Shown here in pieces: positions 25,941-28,100 of a stretch of 28,100 nt of DNA. Source of the DNA: a virus (lineage: Duplodnaviria; Caudoviricetes); IMG/VR virus record IMGVR_UViG_3300044724_008721, positions 1 through 28,100 of that record. One strand, given 5' to 3'. Both the position numbers and the translations under genes were made by a program. The notes beneath the pieces are model-generated. The model was not told where the DNA came from. It saw only the letters and a list, made by a program, of their open reading frames with translations, and searched no databases. Every line of letters begins with the position of its first letter. Position 1 is the stretch's first letter.

Positions 25941-27306
25941 TTTTAGCTCCTTTTTGCTTAACCGATTCAAACTTTAAAGCCTCACTTGGATTGTCTATAT
26001 ACTTTATTGCATATCCACAGCTTTTAACCGCTTCAAGCTTAACTTCCTCGCTTGGGTTTTTTATATACTGTATTGAGTAACCAATTTGTTTAACCGCTTC
26101 AAGTTGCATTTGTTCACTTGGATTGTCTATATGCAATATTGCATATCCAGTTTGTTTAACCGCTTCAAGTTGCATTTGTTCACTTGGTTTTTTTATATAC
26201 TCTAGTGCAAATCCATGACTTTTAACCGCTTCAAGCTGAAATTCCTCACTTGGATTGTCTATATACTTTATTGCGAGACCACAGCTTTTAACCGCTTCAA
26301 GTTGCATTTGTTCACTTGGTTTTTTTATATACTGTAGTGCAAATCCATGACTTTTAACCGCTTCAAGCTTAACTTCCTCGCTTGGATTGTCTATATACTG
26401 TAGTGCAAATCCATGACTTTTAACCGCTTCAAGCTTAACTTCCTCGCTTGGATTGTCTATATACTCAATTGCGAGACCACGGCTTTTAACCGCTTCCAGT
26501 TGAACTTCCTCGCTTGGATTGTCTATATGCTGTATTGAGTTACCATTTTGTTTAACAGCTTCAAGTTTCATTTGTTCACTTGGATTGTCTATATGCATTA
26601 TTGCATATCCATGACTTTTAACCGCTTCAAGTTTCATTTGTTCACTTGGATTGTCTATATAATCTATTGCGAGACCACATCTTTTAACCGCTTCAAGTTT
26701 CATTTGTTCACTTGGATTGTCTATATACTCTATTGATAGACCACATTCTTTAACCGCTTCAAGTTTCATTTGTTCACTTGGATTCTCTATATACTCTATT
26801 GATAGACCTTCTTCTTTAACCGCTTCAAGCTGTACTGTCTCGCTTGGTTTTTTTATATACTGTAGTGCAAATCCACAGTCTTTAACCGCTTCAAGCTGAA
26901 CTTCCTCGCTTGGATTGTCTATATACTTTATTGAGAGACCACAGCTTTTAACCGCTTCCAGTTGAACTTTCTCGCTTGGGTTTTGTATATACTGCATTAA
27001 TTCTGCATATCTTTTAACTACTTTAAGCTGAACTTCCTCGCTAGGATTGTCTATATACTTTATTAAAAAAATACCATATTGCTTTTCCGCTTTAAGCTGT
27101 ACTGTCTCGCTTGGATTTTTTATGTGTTTTATTAACTCTGGATCTTGTTTAACCGCTTCAAGCTGTACTGTCTCGCTTGGGTTTTTTATATACTTAATTG
27201 AAGAACCATCTTTTTTAACCAATTGAATCTGTAATTCCTCGCTTAGATTGTCTATACGCTTTATTAAGTCTGGATTAATATTAACTATGTCATTATTATT
27301 TTCCAT
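25933..27306 (-). CDS. Tandem-repeat alpha-solenoid protein (DUF4116-like), 19 full repeats of about 22 aa
   Basis: Consensus NPSEEVQLEAVKxxGxAIxYID; AAAGGAG RBS. Confidence 0.88.
   Translation of the reverse strand: MENNNDIVNINPDLIKRIDNLSEELQIQLVKKDGSSIKYIKNPSETVQLEAVKQDPELIKHIKNPSETVQLKAEKQYGIFLIKYIDNPSEEVQLKVVKRYAELMQYIQNPSEKVQLEAVKSCGLSIKYIDNPSEEVQLEAVKDCGFALQYIKKPSETVQLEAVKEEGLSIEYIENPSEQMKLEAVKECGLSIEYIDNPSEQMKLEAVKRCGLAIDYIDNPSEQMKLEAVKSHGYAIMHIDNPSEQMKLEAVKQNGNSIQHIDNPSEEVQLEAVKSRGLAIEYIDNPSEEVKLEAVKSHGFALQYIDNPSEEVKLEAVKSHGFALQYIKKPSEQMQLEAVKSCGLAIKYIDNPSEEFQLEAVKSHGFALEYIKKPSEQMQLEAVKQTGYAILHIDNPSEQMQLEAVKQIGYSIQYIKNPSEEVKLEAVKSCGYAIKYIDNPSEALKFESVKQKGAKNE
25960..27260. repeat. Coding tandem array with 66-bp unit, about 19-20 copies
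   Basis: Recurrent ttaaccgcttcaag and cttggattgtctatat blocks at 66-bp period; one 69-bp unit; boundaries approximate. Confidence 0.92.
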
Positions 27307-27310
27307 TTTT

Positions 27311-27733
27311 TTAGCTCCTTTGCTGTATATTCTTATTAGTTTTACAACTGCCTATTTTAAGGCTGTTTGCTTTGACAGAAATTTCAGCTTTTATTTTATT
27401 AGCTTTAATATAACCTTCTGCTTTAATTGCTCCTGCACATATACTATACGCATCAATATTTTTGGACATTAAACAGCCTATTAGGTCTATATGGTTTGCT
27501 TTGACATTTCCCCATGAATTTATTGTACATGCATTAATATTGTATGCGTCAAGATTATAAACATTTATTTTAATTGCCTTAATATCTCCTTTAACATAAA
27601 AAGAAAATCTAGAAAGATTAACAACATCAATATAAAAATGAATGTTTGAATTGACGGTTATAATGTGATTTTTAGCTGTGTTTATAAGCATTTCCAAATC
27701 TTCTAAATTTTTAATATATTTTGTTTGGTTCAT
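27311..27733 (-). CDS. Beta-solenoid-like hypothetical protein
   Basis: 5-6 residue periodicity: GDIKA-IKINV-YNLDA-YNINA-CTINS, GAIKA-EGYIKA-NKIKA. Confidence 0.7.
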   Translation of the reverse strand: MNQTKYIKNLEDLEMLINTAKNHIITVNSNIHFYIDVVNLSRFSFYVKGDIKAIKINVYNLDAYNINACTINSWGNVKANHIDLIGCLMSKNIDAYSICAGAIKAEGYIKANKIKAEISVKANSLKIGSCKTNKNIQQRS

Positions 27734-27739
27734 TGTTCA

Positions 27740-28099
27740 TCACCGTTCATAACCTTCATAAAAGTAGGAATCAGAAATAGTCTTTTTATATTCATTTCCT
27801 ATTTTTACGTTATCAGCCCTAAAACCATGCGGAGCTTGTATATAACAAGATATAACGTCTTCTGCTGTAACTTTTGGGGCTATTAAATTATATGAGTAAA
27901 TACGCCCTACTTGAATTGGCCTATATAAATCTATAGTCTTTGATGTGATTTCGTACGCATCAATTATTTTATCTGCTTCAATATTATGAGCTTCAATATA
28001 CCTAACTCTAATAGATTTAGCATATAAATTACCATTAACACGCAGATGAAACATATTTAAGTCAACATAATCTATATCAAAGTGAATATCTGAATTTAT
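27740..28099 (-). CDS. Beta-solenoid-like hypothetical protein, paralogue of 27311-27733, 5' end outside the window
   Basis: Frame stays open upstream of the track start (INSDIHFDIDYVDLNMFHLRVNGNLYA aligns to VNSNIHFYIDVVNLSRFSFYVKGDIKA). Confidence 0.7.
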   Translation of the reverse strand: MNSDIHFDIDYVDLNMFHLRVNGNLYAKSIRVRYIEAHNIEADKIIDAYEITSKTIDLYRPIQVGRIYSYNLIAPKVTAEDVISCYIQAPHGFRADNVKIGNEYKKTISDSYFYEGYER

Positions 28100-28100
28100 A

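Larger units (their letters stand above)
1..28100. mobile_element. Segment of a podovirus-like tailed phage genome or prophage
   Basis: Collinear portal-scaffold-capsid-adaptor-tail hub-ejection proteins-fibre-lysin module; no tape measure or sheath gene; dense small phage-type ORFs; no host housekeeping genes. Confidence 0.93.

Noticed and set aside
25960-27260. 66-bp periodic array as a CRISPR array
   Set aside because: It lies in one open frame with codon-structured variation, has no unique spacers, and no cas genes are present
25933-27306. Diversity-generating retroelement target
   Set aside because: No reverse transcriptase or separate template repeat in the window, and the variation is not confined to adenines
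1-28100. Alternative genetic code (stop reassignment)
   Set aside because: Genes are full length under code 11, and TAA, TAG and TGA all end genes at sensible boundaries

Overview
AT-rich (roughly 30% GC by eye) segment of a tailed dsDNA phage or prophage with podovirus-type architecture and the standard genetic code. The minus strand (10377-25058) carries a virion and lysis operon: portal, scaffold, N4-gp56-type major capsid, adaptor, tail hub, four candidate ejection proteins, a tail fibre with an S74 chaperone domain, an NlpC/P60 lysin and small membrane or basic proteins. Converging on it from the plus strand (1648-10341) is a phage-encoded glycan cluster: three soluble glycosyltransferase genes (four GT domains), a short nucleotide-sugar dehydrogenase, a WbpP/TviC-like epimerase, a SAM methyltransferase and two membrane-anchored pentapeptide-repeat paralogues. 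The right end holds a DUF1064 nuclease, a 19 x 22-aa tandem-repeat protein with a hypervariable di-residue, and two beta-solenoid paralogues. No terminase, integrase or polymerase was recognised. The non-coding DNA shows three candidate promoter-hairpin-U-tract small-RNA units, twin divergent promoters and a 21-bp inverted match 21.6 kb apart. All family calls come from motif recognition by eye; no database searches were run.
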